Numbered from the stretch's first letter, positions 23,213-36,559 are shown. The stretch: DNA of 37,944 bases from Octopus bimaculoides (GCF_001194135.2 NC_068981.1:12897879-12935822); one strand, 5' to 3'. Translations and numbers: made by a program. The notes: generated from the sequence alone by a model not told the origin.

Positions 23213-25837
23213 TTTAAATATAAAAACACATTAAAAGTATTATGAAGTTTCTAGTATCCCCGATAAATTATGCGCATAAATGTTTATGCTAAATTATTAA
23301 ACAATTTATGCATCATTAGAATTAATAGCTGTATGTGTAGACATGTTCTTATTGGTAACATTACATACATATGTAACACATTAATTATTAAATAAATGGA
23401 TATATAATTTCTGAAAATATTGTATTATTTAAATTCCGAATTTTAATTCTATAACTTCAATTCTATGTAGGATAAACCAGAAAAAGAATTTCTAAATTCT
23501 TGATACCTGTACCATATTTTATAATCGTCAATAAAAATAATCATTACACATTTGTATTATTTTTTTTTCAAATTTAGTAATTACTTGAACTTTATTTTAT
23601 GGGGACATTTAAAGTTATTTGTGCATTGAAATAAACTTCCTTCTATACATGATTTGTGAGCTGGAATAGCTAACACCTTAGAAAATTATCTCCGAAAGAT
23701 GTTAGCAACTACAGAATATCGTTAGAGATTGTCTTTGCAGCCTTAGATATAAAGATGAAGGACTTGTTGCGACCGAAGGATGTTAACTGTGCATGGATTT
23801 CAATATATATTAAATATATTAATTAATTGTTTATTTCACAGACTAATTGTAATATATGCTGAACGAAGTGAATTCTTAATTACTGTTGATCAAGTATATA
23901 TCCCGGCATTTTACAAAGTGTAATTCTAGTGTGATTATACACAAAGGATGAGTTGAAACTCATGACATGGCACCTTTGTTGTCTAGCAAAATGTAGCGTG
24001 GAATATTTTATTCAACGGGCCTCCCCTTTGTTATCACACTTGTGTGTTATATGAGTGAGTTATCGATGATATTTTAAAAGACTTAAACCATCAAAAAGAG
24101 ATACCCTCATTGGATTATAGATCTAGGCTGTTGCTATTACAGTAGTGCTCATTGGGAATTCTCAGCTTCTGGCGCACAATATACAATATTTGATATTATT
24201 GATAGGAGTGTCACCTATCAAGGTATGTAAGAAAGGAAAATATGAGCAATCGATATAGCACGCTGGTATACTTAACATAACACTAGAAAATATAAAAAGC
24301 CAACAATGGGCATCAGCATAGTTTTCCACTTAAAAGAAATGGGAATCAAATCTTCCACAAATGATAATCTATTGTGTTAGTCACAAAAGCAGATATTAGT
24401 TAAACTATTCAGTGATATTCTGTGTATGAAGCAAAGCCAAGATGGATTGGGTAGAACGACATTGATGTATAGTTCTGCTTAAATGTAAACCAAACAAGAT
24501 CAACAAATACAAATATAAAGAAATCATTGAATTTTTGCTGTGAATGTCGACAAATTTATACATAATGTGAGTCTGTGTTTATGTTTGTATGTAAATGTGT
24601 GTTTATGCATTTGTGCGTGAATATGTATGTCAATATGGTTGTATAAGCCAATACGTCAGGTGAATGATTAATGTAGTTCCTTTAGCCATAAATGACTTCA
24701 AAATCTATTAACCAGTGTATGTTATTAATCTATTAATTAGCTTTGCGCCATTCCTATTATCTAACGGCATATTTGGTGAGACGACTAAGGAGTGTAGAAT
24801 ACTAACTTTACATTTATAGAATAATTGCAGAAACGTAGTTTCACCTAGACTGCATTAACATTTGTTATCTCTCGATTTGCAGAACTAAAGTTTGTTAATG
24901 CGTAAGTGAGCGAGCGAATAAACTAGTCAAGAACATGATAAATTTGTGTGTTCGCATTATAGTCTAGCTTAAACGCTATGGATGCCATTACTGTTGTTGC
25001 TGTTATTGTCGTTTTTATTCAGCTGCAGGTCAGGTGTGCTGGAGCGTATATATGATCAAACATACTGGTATTCCAGTCATATAATTCTCTCATGTTAACG
25101 TATCTAAGTCTTCTTTTCTTTTACAGGAACACGTTTTGTTTAGAAGGGTTCGTTGTGTGTATTTAAAATAATTAAGCTGATATTTGTAGCAAAGCCAGCG
25201 AGCTGAGGAGAAGTCCTTGTCAGTTCAAAGAGCGAGGGATTAAATGTGTTGGTGTACGGTATTATATGCATCTTATTATGACTATGAGGGACTTGGATAA
25301 CGTATTGCTCTGAGAATATGTTTGCTTTCTATTCAGTACATTGTGACGGTATAATGAATATTATATCAGCTATTAGAAGTTGCCATTAGTTCTATGAATA
25401 TTGTTGATGCTGTTATTGGTGCTACAGTTGCTTATCCCCCACCCTTGGTAAGATATAATCGACAGATCGATCAGAAAAGAAATTTTAGCCATAAGCATCC
25501 TGTTTTCCCCCATGGACTAGGAACACAAAATTGATAGAAACAAATTCTTTCCTAAAGCAGAGTATTATGACTCGAGGGAGATTTATTTACTATTTCATGT
25601 AGTTCTAGGGTTCCTGCAGAATTTTGCTTTTGCACGAGTATGGAGGAAGTCGAAGTGAATGTCAAATTATTTCCTAATTTTTTTAGCCAGTTCTTCTCTT
25701 TGGTATATTATAAATGTTAGGTAAATCCTAGACAATATAGATAATCCCAATCATGAATGTGGTTAACCATTATTTGAAACGAAATATGATCAAAACGTGA
25801 AAGCTGACTTCTTTTCTTATATTAGTTTCACATTTTT

Positions 25838-26030
25838 GCTCAAGGCCAGCAGTTTCTGGGGAAGGGCTAAGTCAATCAATCAAATGGTCCCCAGTACTAA
25901 GCTGGTACTTATTTTATCGACCTTGAAATGATGACAGGCAGAGGAATTTGAACATAGAATGTAAAGACGGATGGAATGCAGCTAAACATTTTCTCCGGCG
26001 TACTGACTGTGCTACCAGATCACCGTCTTC
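25838..26030 (-). mobile_element. SINE family B copy 4 (diverged)
   Basis: CTGGTACTTATTTTATCGACC..GGAATTTGAACATAGAATGTAAAGACGGA..GCTAAACATTT matches the reverse complement of the family B core. Confidence 0.7.
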
Positions 26031-27439
26031 TCTTTTTCTTACGCTAATATCTACAGTATATTGGACGATACATATTTAATATTTTGATACGGCAATATAA
26101 TGTCATTTACAGACTATATGGAACGCCCTTGCTGCTGATTATTTATTACAATATATGAATATTTCATGTTTTGTTGAGTACATAATATTTCTTTGTAAAT
26201 CAGCCTATGTAGGAAACAATTTTGGCAATGCATTGTCATGAGAAAGAAACTTTGCAGCCAAACTCACACTCTCTGGCTGAAATGGCTTCAAACTTTAAAG
26301 CATCCTCTGTTTCTTTTCATTACTGTAACTATACAGTAGGAAATTTTATGTAGATGTTTTTATGTTCGAGAATAAATTTCCTCGAGTGCTGCATTAGCAA
26401 TATTTCATAATTTTCTCCAAAGGATTTGCTACTCTCAAGAAATAGTGTGAATTTCCAAGTGAATAAATTATTGATGACTGCCACTTCAATGGTGTGTATT
26501 TCGAACTACAATTTGTTTTTCCTTTCCGGTTTAAGTAGAGGAATATTGCTGAGCCAATACAGCTCTCCTAATTTTAGCTGAAATGCATTCAACGCAGATT
26601 TATAAAATCAATTTTCTAAAATGGAAATATCTCGCTGTTTTGCAGTTCAGAATGTTAAAGCTTTTGCTAATTTCGTACAGCGAGGGCTTAAGCATTTTAT
26701 GATCAGACAAAAGGTGAGCTTATTTATATGTAGTAATTCTTATATATTTGATGTGTCGCTTTCGTTTACGCCTATATGGCGTGAATAGTAATTGCCAGTC
26801 AATAGGAATTTTGTAACAGATTTAATACTACTCACAGTATTCTCCTCCCTTCACATCGATGAATATTCTGTTGTTACTCTTGAAACTGTTTTAAAATAAC
26901 ATGAATTTTACACATATACACATAGATAATGGTACAGACACAAATTTATGCACAAACGCACACACACACACATACGTATAAGCATGGATATGAAAATTTA
27001 TGAACGCGCTTGCTTCTTTCTCTTATCGCCCTGCGCGGCAGCTGTAAAACACATTAATCGCAGAAACTTGACGATGTCGTGAAATGTTGCCGTTGATATA
27101 TGGACACATATTTACCTAATATATTCCTATCTGGATTGAATGCTGCTATTTAGTTGTAGCACATACATATAAATTGGTTAAAGAATCCCTATTTCGTAAA
27201 TAGTTTCAGAGAACTCTCATTCAATATGTGTATCGATTAATTGAATTAGGATCACACTTGTAAATCATCGATCGAAGTTCTCTTACGTATTTAAAATTTC
27301 TAAAATCTTTAACAAAAATTTGTGACTAAATAAATTACTCGTTAGAATAAGAGGAAGTATTTTCAATGGCACAGGATTTTATCGGTTGCAGATACACTCG
27401 AGCATGCGCACACGCACGCACATATATACATGCAGATGA

Positions 27440-27442
<3 letters not shown>

Positions 27443-27487
<45 letters not shown>
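27443..27487. repeat. (TA)n microsatellite
   Basis: Directly visible. Confidence 0.98.
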
Positions 27488-27489
<2 letters not shown>

Positions 27490-27658
27490 CATGCTATATA
27501 AATTAAGGGTAAATTTCCCTTTTACCCCCACCCATTTATTGCACTTGGTAAAAACACTAGTGTAATAGTTATTGGGTATCCTTCAGGCAGTGTATTGGAT
27601 AGATATAATCTTTTAGTGGGTTGGATTCACAACCCCTAACTTTCTTGGATATATATAT

Positions 27659-27719
<61 letters not shown>

Positions 27720-27741
27720 NNNNNNNNNNNNNNNNNNNNNN

Positions 27742-27781
<40 letters not shown>

Positions 27782-28405
27782 CAAACAAAACGTTAATTAA
27801 ACGAATTTAAACATACACACAGACACACCACACACACCCACCATACACACATATACACACACACTCATACACACATACATATGTTCGCTTGGTTTGTTCT
27901 TGGAAGTTCACGTCACCTGATATTCTACTATTGTAGCAAATTGCTGTTTAAAACATGGCCTTACTTGCTGAACCGAATTTTTGCATATACACTATATCAT
28001 CTGGAAATGGTGTATCGGTTAAATATCTGCATATATACTTAATACGGGTATATTCAAAATTCATTTAATTACCGTTTGTTTATTTCACAATGTATTTCAC
28101 TATTACGTCGTATTTCTTATTGAACACATTCAATCAATAAATCCTTGGATTATACAATTACACTACACTCAGTCAGTCCCACGCACTGTTTCTTATATTA
28201 TACGAACGCATAAAACAAAGGCGGTATCATTATTTCACTTTCATAAGCAAACTGATCGAAGTATTTCTGTACTCGTATAATAGGCTTCGTATAGATGTCT
28301 GCTTGTAGAACACATCTTAGAGCTTAACTACGAGATAAGGGCACACCAAACTGCATTATATACTATTCAAAGAAAATTATAAAATCCAAGACTACNNNNN
28401 NNNNN

Positions 28406-28445
<40 letters not shown>

Positions 28446-28669
28446 TGTGTGTGTGTGTGCATGTATGTGTGTGAATGTGTGTATGTAAAAGCGCGCGTGT
28501 GTGTGTATATGTGTGTAACTGAAAGTCTGTGTGTGTTTGTATACACATACGGATATATACATTTATACATATATGTAGATTTATATACGTATTCATATAT
28601 GTATCTACATACGTGTGTGTATGTGTGTTAATGTGCATGCGTGCGTGGGTGAGTGGCTATGTGCAGTTA

Positions 28670-28981
28670 CAGGTGTGGCTGTGTGTTAAGAAGCTTAATT
28701 CCCAACTACATGATCCCGGGTTCTGTCCTTCTAGGGGAAATGTCTTCTAACATAGCCTCGGGCCAAATAAAGTCTTGAGCTGATTCGGTAGACGGAAACT
28801 GAAAGGAACACGTTATATGTCTATGTGTGTGTGTGTGTGTGTATGTGTGTGTATGTGTGTGCGTGTGGGTACGTACGTGTGCACGTGTATGTGTGTGTGT
28901 ATGACGATATAATAAAATATCATAATAATATATACTTTCCGATTCCCTCCGTATCTTACAAGGCCATTCTGGTTATGTGTA

Positions 28982-29020
<39 letters not shown>

Positions 29021-29220
29021 TGTGTGTGTATGTCTTTATGTCTATGTTTGTACCCCACCCCATCATCACTTGACAGCCAGTGTCGGTGTGTTTACGTCCG
29101 TGTAGCTTAGCGATACTAGGCTTTAAAAAAGTCTTGTAGTCGACGTGTTCGACTAAATCTTTCAAGGCGTTGCTCCAGCATGGTCGCATACAAATGACTA
29201 AAACTAGTAAAAGAATAAAG
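28670..29220 (+). mobile_element. SINE family A copy 3 (diverged, with an insert in the internal microsatellite)
   Basis: Head GTGGCTGTGTGTTAAGAAGCTT..CCGGGTTCTGTCC, GGTAGACGGAAACTGAAAG, tail GCTCCAGCATGGTCGCA..AAATGACTAAAACTAGTAAAAGAATAAAG. Confidence 0.8.
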
Positions 29221-30200
29221 CATATATATGTGTGGATGTGGTGGGGTGAATTAAACTATCAGAATTGTACTCTCAAACATTTTCTTTCTAAATTTAATGT
29301 GATATCAATAAGAACGTTGAGGGATTCATCAGCTCGTGTTTAGTTGCATCTCTTCATGGAGTGAGGAGGGCGGGATTTCCACTATCGGGCTACGACTATT
29401 CATTCATGTAAATAACCTGTCCCTGCATTTATGTGGATGTTGTTGGACTATACAGACACATGAAGTCATCATGTCATTATCGCTAGAATCAGTATGTGAT
29501 ACGATTGTGCTTATTCAATTCACTCAACTGGATTCTATTGACTGTTTCTCTATCCATAATCAATCATAAACTGTGGTTGCAGAAGTCATATATTTGCAAA
29601 TCCTTGGCAACGTAAACGAATCTGGGGCCTCAAAGTTGTGAAGCAGATTTCCTAACCAGGCGATCAGATTTCACCTGTATTTGATATGCAACTTTATGGA
29701 AAAAAGATTTTGATACATGTATGTTTTGCAATTTGCTGCTGTGTTTTCAGCTTTGAACTGGGACCTAACTTCACAAATAAGGATTAGTGAACGCCTGTGT
29801 ATTTTTGTGTCCACTTGTTTCACGTATTTGGACTTGTTGAACATTTGGAGGGCACATTTTATGAACTATGTCAGATAGTTTTTAGATTTATATCGTTCTA
29901 ATCGTCTTTAACGTGCATCGTATTGCAGAATGAATATTGATTGTATCCTGCGTAGCTCTTAGTAAGAGATCTACTTTCGGTATCACAAACCGCTTTCTTT
30001 TACACTATGCAAAACAGTAATTTAAATTCCTTCATTTTAGGACCCAACTATTTCCCTATATATAAAATAAAGTCTAGGATATTTGACGAATGTCTCCGTT
30101 ATGTAGATTTCATCACTAGCTGCATTGTATTGATTGATCAATTTTCCCAGGCACTTCGCTAATTACTGTACATATTTATATATATATATATATATATATA

Positions 30201-30432
30201 AAGTGTAGTATATTGCCACTTAAGTGTGGCTGACCCCTAGGGGTGGATGTTACTGTTGCTTTTAGCCCCAGGAGGACATCTCCTCCAGCTGGCTTATCGA
30301 CACACGACTGTGTCCTGTTTGCCAAGGGAGTTATCCCTCTCACCACGGCCAGCAGCACGAACGTATCCGGATTTCAGGGTCATTTCCCTTCGTCGGCGCT
30401 CGACAGCTGATGACCTTGGTGAGAGAGAAAAA
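30201..30432 (+). mobile_element. GC-richer repeat fragment, possibly a LINE (RTE-like) 5' UTR
   Basis: Starts abruptly after (TA)n, has several hairpins and runs into a gap. The family call is from recollection of similar octopus repeats only. Confidence 0.3.
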
Positions 30433-32109
30433 NNNNNNNNNNCATTTAGCAGGGAAAATTGAAGATTTTCGTTCATTTTCAACCTGTAAATGAAGAGTTG
30501 GAATAACGATCCTACTCCCTAATATAATCAAATAAATTTCTATATTCTCATATACATATATATAATGTTATGATGACCCAGCCGCCCTTTGTGTGAACCC
30601 CAACTGCAAATTCATTTATATTTTGCGTTGGAGCTCTTTCAACGTTTACACTTGCTACAAAGTCGAAATTGTTAGACGAAAGTGAGATAACAGGTTGATC
30701 TTGAATAAGGCACCTGTTAAAGATGATTACATATCCTATCTTTTACCTTCTTCAATTACTTCAATGGCAGATGTCTTCTTGAGAATGAAAATAATTTTCT
30801 CTTTGAAATTGCTCTTTTATTATCTTTATTTTTGCATTAACCTAATCTAAGCATTGTGGAGTCATCTGGAGTTGCTTTAGCAATTATATTTTACTTATTT
30901 TGCTGATTGTCTTTTTTAATGATTGTAGATAGTAATTAGAATTGTAGTCGATATCTCTCTTTCCAATTTCATTCCCCAGTAAGGTTTACATCGTCTTATG
31001 CTACATTCTTAAAATACTTTATGAATTTCACTAATCTTAGGCTCGAAACAACTGTATTGCTAAATATGATTTTCATCCGTTTGGTTGATGTTTCAAAAGG
31101 TGAAATATACTTTTGTTCGTCGCTATTCTGTTGCTCATTCTCAGAAAAATTAAAGCTACTAATTAGATCTTCTTCGACTAGATTTAACTCGCCTTGTTTA
31201 ATATTGTCTTACAGCACCGGATACGCCTCTCCGTTACGGACCAATGATAATGTGTGAATGCTTCTTCCTGGTCGCTACTAAAATCATAAATTCAAATATG
31301 TAAAGCAATTAAAAGGAAGATCAGAACAAATTTTCAAACTTCCTGGTTAACGTGTGGTAATAAATTTGTTAACGGTTGTTAGCTTTATAATGTTTGCAGA
31401 CCAAAATAAATTTCAATTCCTATCTCAGACGACAGCATTTTAAGTAATAAATCTTGTAAATTCGCAATTACTACCTCAACGAAAAATTCTTTGAAAGGAA
31501 CATCAATGGAATACGTGAAACGGGTACATATATACATACACATATACATACATATATATATATATGTATGTATACACACACGCGCGCGCACCCCCTCCAT
31601 ATATATTTATATATATATATAGTTTGATTAACTAAGGAGATAAAACAGCAGAAGTATTGGGTAAATTACTCTTATAAGGCAGAGATAAATTTTCAGCAAA
31701 CATCCATGGGAGTTCAAACCCTTTCCCTCATGGACTCTGTCTGAGTGTTTTGTCATTATGCTAAACAGTCCGCTGACAAATTTACCGCCAAATATAGACG
31801 ATGAATAATTTAGCATTATGGAACACATATATATGTGTGTACATATAAAGAAACAAATGTTAGTTCTTTTATTTCGGTCCAAAATGAAAGCAATAAGTCA
31901 AAAACATTAGATTCGAACTTCATTACTTTGACATTAAATTGATTAATATATACATCAATCAGAGTAGTTTCAGGTGAAAAATAGAGCTGCAAAGGTATTT
32001 TTAACGGAGAAGAGTAAAAACATCGAAACATGGTAAACAAACATAAAATGAATAAAATTATCTTAATAATCTATATTCAATGAAATGAAAAATGGACCCA
32101 AACCAATAA

Positions 32110-34062
32110 TTTATATATATAAAACAAAGGACGTATGTGTATGTGTCTGTGTGTGTAATACGTCTGCATTTCTACATCTTTGAACAGGTTTTCGCCAAAC
32201 TTTACACACACATTACTTATGTGCTATGGATGGACATGCATTACAACATTTTGCCAAGAGCTCCCGTGTAATGCGACAAACCGATCGTGCAAAAAAAAAA
32301 AAAAATTCACATAGGTTTATCTAAAAAAAAATGCAGTTTTCAAGCGATTCTCCCCCTTTTCTCTCTGTCTCTCTCTTATTTTTTCTCATTTTCACATATA
32401 CAGATATCTGTTTCTTTCACTCACTCGCTCACTCACTCACTCACTGATTCAGTCTCTCATTCCCTCCACCCCTTCTCTGAAAATTGACTTCAGTGAATTT
32501 ATGTTTTGTCGTTCGCAAATATCTTTGTTTTCACGTTAATTGTACGTTCTCCCTACAACCTTACTTCACTTATCTTATATTTTCTGCACTCCATCTATTT
32601 AAACAGACTATTTACATTTCTTACTGTATCGAAAACCGTTGTGTAATATTGCTTCATTTTTATTCTTTCAATTTTGTGCGTTTGTTTGCGCGTTCGATGT
32701 GTACGAGATAGCAAAAAAACATTTCAAACCAAAACGATGACGACGTCACATATATGAGCATGTATGTGCCTCTGAGTGTATGTGTGTGTGGGTGTATGAG
32801 TGTGTGGGTGTATGAGTGTGTATGTCTATCTGACTGTGCGTGTGTTTCCGCGTTAGAAAGGTTATTAAACATACACAAGCATCCACATATACATATGCAC
32901 ATGTGACGACTGACATACATGAATGTGTGCCTGCATATGTCTCTCTTACTATATGTATGTGTCTGTATGTGAGAGTGAATGTGTGTGTATCGTCAGATGT
33001 TTTTATATAAATGTGTATGTGTCTATGAATGTGTGCGTGTTTTCCCGCCCGTTACCTAAGTCATTAAAAAGACGCATACATCTACACAAACTCTTAACAA
33101 AAAAATTATTATGTGGAAGGTCGACGTTACATAAAAATACACATCTGCCGTTCAATTAGCAGTTCTTAATTATCGTCGTAGTTTCATGGTTGCAAGGTAT
33201 TTACAATAATGTACTTCTGTTTGGTTAATATGCTTATATTTGGTTACGTTACACTGCATGCAAAAATTTATAATACTACATACATACACCTGCTTACAAA
33301 AATAGATGCTAATGTATATTATTTTCTATATACATAATTTTTTGCTTTAAATTTTGAAAAAAAAAATATGCCACTAAAAGAAAAAAAAACATAATCTTTC
33401 CAGAAACACTTATAAAGCAAGGAGGAGAACAGAAACCCGAAGGCGAGAGTCTCAAAGGATAAGGAATATGAGACTTACTCAGCACCAGGAAAGGCGTGCT
33501 TCAGAACGTCAGATGGCGTCTTAATAAAGGGACATGATACTTTCGAAAGATCATTCGAAAGATCATGCTGCAGCACATCAAATTGAGACAGAAAGGAGAC
33601 GAGACTTTCTCAGCATCAGCAAAAGCATGTTACAGAACGTCCGTTGGAGTCCCAAGACAGAAGAGAAATGAGACTTTCTCAACATCAGCAAAGGCATCCT
33701 GTAGCACATCAGATAGAGTGTCTAGAGAGGAGGGAGAGGAGACTTTCCAAAGATCAGCAAAGGCATGCTGCACCACTTAATGCTGACTCGTTAACACATC
33801 GTTTAGCTCTCCAGATTACATATATGACAATATAATAACTCTCCGAAACAGACCACGTACAAATTATGCGCAACACCTGGAGCTGCTTTCAGATATTATC
33901 CATCTCATTCTTATAAAAATGATAATTCTGCCCAATTTGGTGTGCTAAACTGAAATTGTTGTTTATGCAAGCGTTTTGTCGTCACCTGCTGCAATATGAA
34001 TATAATATTTATATATAAACTATGCCGTTTTAATCCCGAGCAACGCCGGGCATCTCTGCTAG
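32110..34062 (+). mobile_element. Non-autonomous Helitron
   Basis: 3' end: hairpin CCCGAGCAACGCCGGG (34035-34050), 8 nt, then CTAG (34059-62) followed by T. Putative 5' end A|TTTATATATATAAAAC at 32110 (canonical TC reads TT). Internal microsatellites and an STPR-like coding remnant; no Rep/helicase motifs seen. Confidence 0.75.
33447..33790 (+). pseudogene. Disabled 69-bp/23-aa STPR-like repeat array (Helitron RepHel N-terminus-like)
   Basis: Units ESQRIRNMRLTQHQERRASERQM, ESQDRREMRLSQHQQRHPVAHQI and ECLERRERRLSKDQQRHAAPLNA are each 23 aa. Two damaged units lie between them, with TAATAA stops, a 12-bp duplication and a frameshift. Confidence 0.7.
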
Positions 34063-34284
34063 TTATTAACTATTTATAATGAAATAGTATTGAAATATTA
34101 AAAAAAATATATTAATTACTAAATTAATTAATTAAGTACTTAATACAGAGCTTAAGTAAGAGAGCCTCATTAAATCGGAATCATTCCTTCGACGAGGAAA
34201 GCTATAATTAGTGGCAAATAAGATAGATATTTAAGCAGTTCAGGATCCGAAAACAAAAAAAATGAGAAGGTTATTGATCGAATC

Positions 34285-34823
34285 GATGACAATAACAATA
34301 ATTTTCCGATCAAGTGCATCCACTCAGCAGTGTTATGAAAACACCATCTCATGAAGTAGAACATTCGATAACTTTGTACTTAACGTTCTAACTCTTAGCA
34401 GGCACACACGTAAGTGTCTACAATGCATTTTCATGACGAATCAGCAAATCATCGGTAAACATAAAACAAAGTATCTTTAGTTTTAAGAGACATCACACAG
34501 CGAAATCTAATAATCCATATGGAGCTTGTTTTCCAATTGTTTTCCAATTGATGCAAGCAAGGGAACAGGCTACTCATGAAATTAAAGTGAAATTGACTGA
34601 ACAATCGACAGACGCATAACCCTTAACGGATGCACAACCCCTAACCCTGCGATTCAGACACGGTGTGTGACAAGGATAACGTCTTCAAAATACAAATGCA
34701 ACTCATTTTTTTCCAGCTGAGTGCACTGGAAAAACGGAAAATAGAGTGTCATGCTAAAAAACACAAGTTGCTTCCAGGTATCGAACTCTCGACGTAAGGC
34801 TAATACTCTAACCACCAAGCGAC
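34285..34823 (-). mobile_element. tRNA-derived SINE family C with a possible Nin/Deu-type central domain
   Basis: A-box-like TGGTGGTTAGAG (34806-17) and B-box GTTCGATACC (34777-86). The central CGTTAAGGGTTATGCGTCTGT..TTAATTTCATGAGTAGCCTGTTCC resembles the Nin/Deu core as I recall it. Confidence 0.55.
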
Positions 34824-35029
34824 GTTTCTTCACCGATTACAAATAATGCAAACTTCACTGTAATAATATCGTAGAAGATAAATAGTACCTGTATATCTTG
34901 ATGAAATAGTTCTCTATATTGCAAGTGCAATTTAATAATATGGCTGTATTCCATTTTAATTTGTTAAGGTTGATTTACTGGACTAGTATTGGGGTGGTTT
35001 TTATGTGTGTAGAGCGTCTCTAATATCAA

Positions 35030-35340
35030 AGTGGGTGGTGTTTATCAAATGCATTTGTTTGGACAATCAATAACTTGTTAACATTCGTTTTCCGCTTGTT
35101 TCTTAACAGTTCGTTGAATACTCCTGCTGCAAATTCATGTACACTGGTTAGGTTCTTTGGTCACGAATTTGAGATATTGTCAATGCTGTGAGTTTGTTAG
35201 TGGTCTGTAGTGCTTTATGCAACAGTGAGTTTATTTCGAATATAGTTGTCTATGCCTGAGGCGTCATTGTATTGTGTTTTTCTCTTAATTTCCGAGCCAT
35301 TGCACTTTTTGATCGTACTGAATATTATTGTTTGTTTCTT
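35030..35340 (-). pseudogene. Decayed non-LTR retrotransposon fragment, R4/Dong-like, pre-RT region
   Basis: 35101-35190 translates on - as SIDNISNS*PKNLTSVHEFAAGVFNELLR, resembling the R4/Dong PGxDxIxNxWxKxLTxxHExLxxxFNxLL segment. IQYDQKVQWL lies upstream. Confidence 0.45.
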
Positions 35341-36559
35341 ATTTTTTTTTTTTTGACAATATGCTCAGATCACTCTTATTCATATTCGTTTCTCCCAGCA
35401 CAGTTGTTTGGCTTGTTTGTTAATATTATTGCAAAATAGTTTGATATTTCATCTTCGTTCCTTCTTCACCAAAATGAATGTATTACGGCTTTCGAAGAGA
35501 TTTAACGAGCATGAATTCGCTATTATTTTTCTCCAACTCGTCCGCTTTTTGTTGATACATATAGAAACACACACATATACACTCTCATATACGCACGTAC
35601 ACACACACACGTGCACACATGCGCCTACACTCGCACATACACACACATAGGCGAGCGCGCGTGTATGCCTATGTTTATGTATGTATATGTATGCATGTTC
35701 TTTATCTTTAATTATTTAAAATTTTCTTCTGAGGAATGAAATGTTTTGTCAAACATACAAAGCTCTGTCACTGGAATCTAGATAGCAAAATCAATGTCAC
35801 ATTTTTAATATTCAGAAAAATCTTGCGTATGTTTACTGTCCCTTTTACACACAATGTTTATAATGCGATATCTAATTGGTTGAATGGCATTTTTCAAAAG
35901 CATGCCTTATCTAGATTGTCGCTTAGGCATATACACACAACATCAAATGTACCAATAAATATTGGTATGTATGTGCATTTATAATATTGTTATAGTGGGT
36001 GTATGTATGTATGTATGTATGTATGTGTATGTATATATATGTATATATATATATATANNNNNNNNNNNNNNNNNNNNNNNNNNNNNNNNNNNNNNNNNNN
36101 NNNNNNNNNNNNNNNNNNNNNNNNNNNNNNNNNNNNNNNNNNNNNNNNNNNNNNNNNNNNNNNNNNNNNNNNNNNNNNNNNNNNNNNNNNNNNNNNNNNN
36201 NNNNNNNNNNNNNNNNNNNNNNNNNNNNNNNNNNNNNNNNNNNNNNNNNNNNNNNNNNNNNNNNNNNNNNNNNNNNNNNNNNNNNNNNNNNNNNNNNNNN
36301 NNNNNNNNNNNNNNNNNNNNNNNNNNNNNNNNNNNNNNNNNNNNNNNNNNNNNNNNNNNNNNNNNATATGTATATATGTGTGTGTGTGTACATATATATG
36401 TGTGTTTGTGTATGTATGTATGTATGTATGTTTGCATGCATATAGATTTATGTATGTATATATGTATGTGTGCAAGAATGGGTGTGTGTGTACATGTATG
36501 TGTATTTATATATAATTCTCAATTTTCAGTTTCCCTTTTAAATATTTCGCACTTGCATT

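Noticed and set aside
25109-25180. Strong polypyrimidine acceptor TCTTCTTTTCTTTTACAG
   Set aside because: All three downstream frames stop within about 15 codons and there is no other support.
25203-25232. CTGAGGA-GAA..TTC-AAAG
   Set aside because: GAAA box, stem III and NUH site are missing; likely chance.
33447-33790. Regularly spaced repeats as a CRISPR-like array
   Set aside because: The units are contiguous 69-bp coding repeats without unique spacers, in a eukaryotic context.
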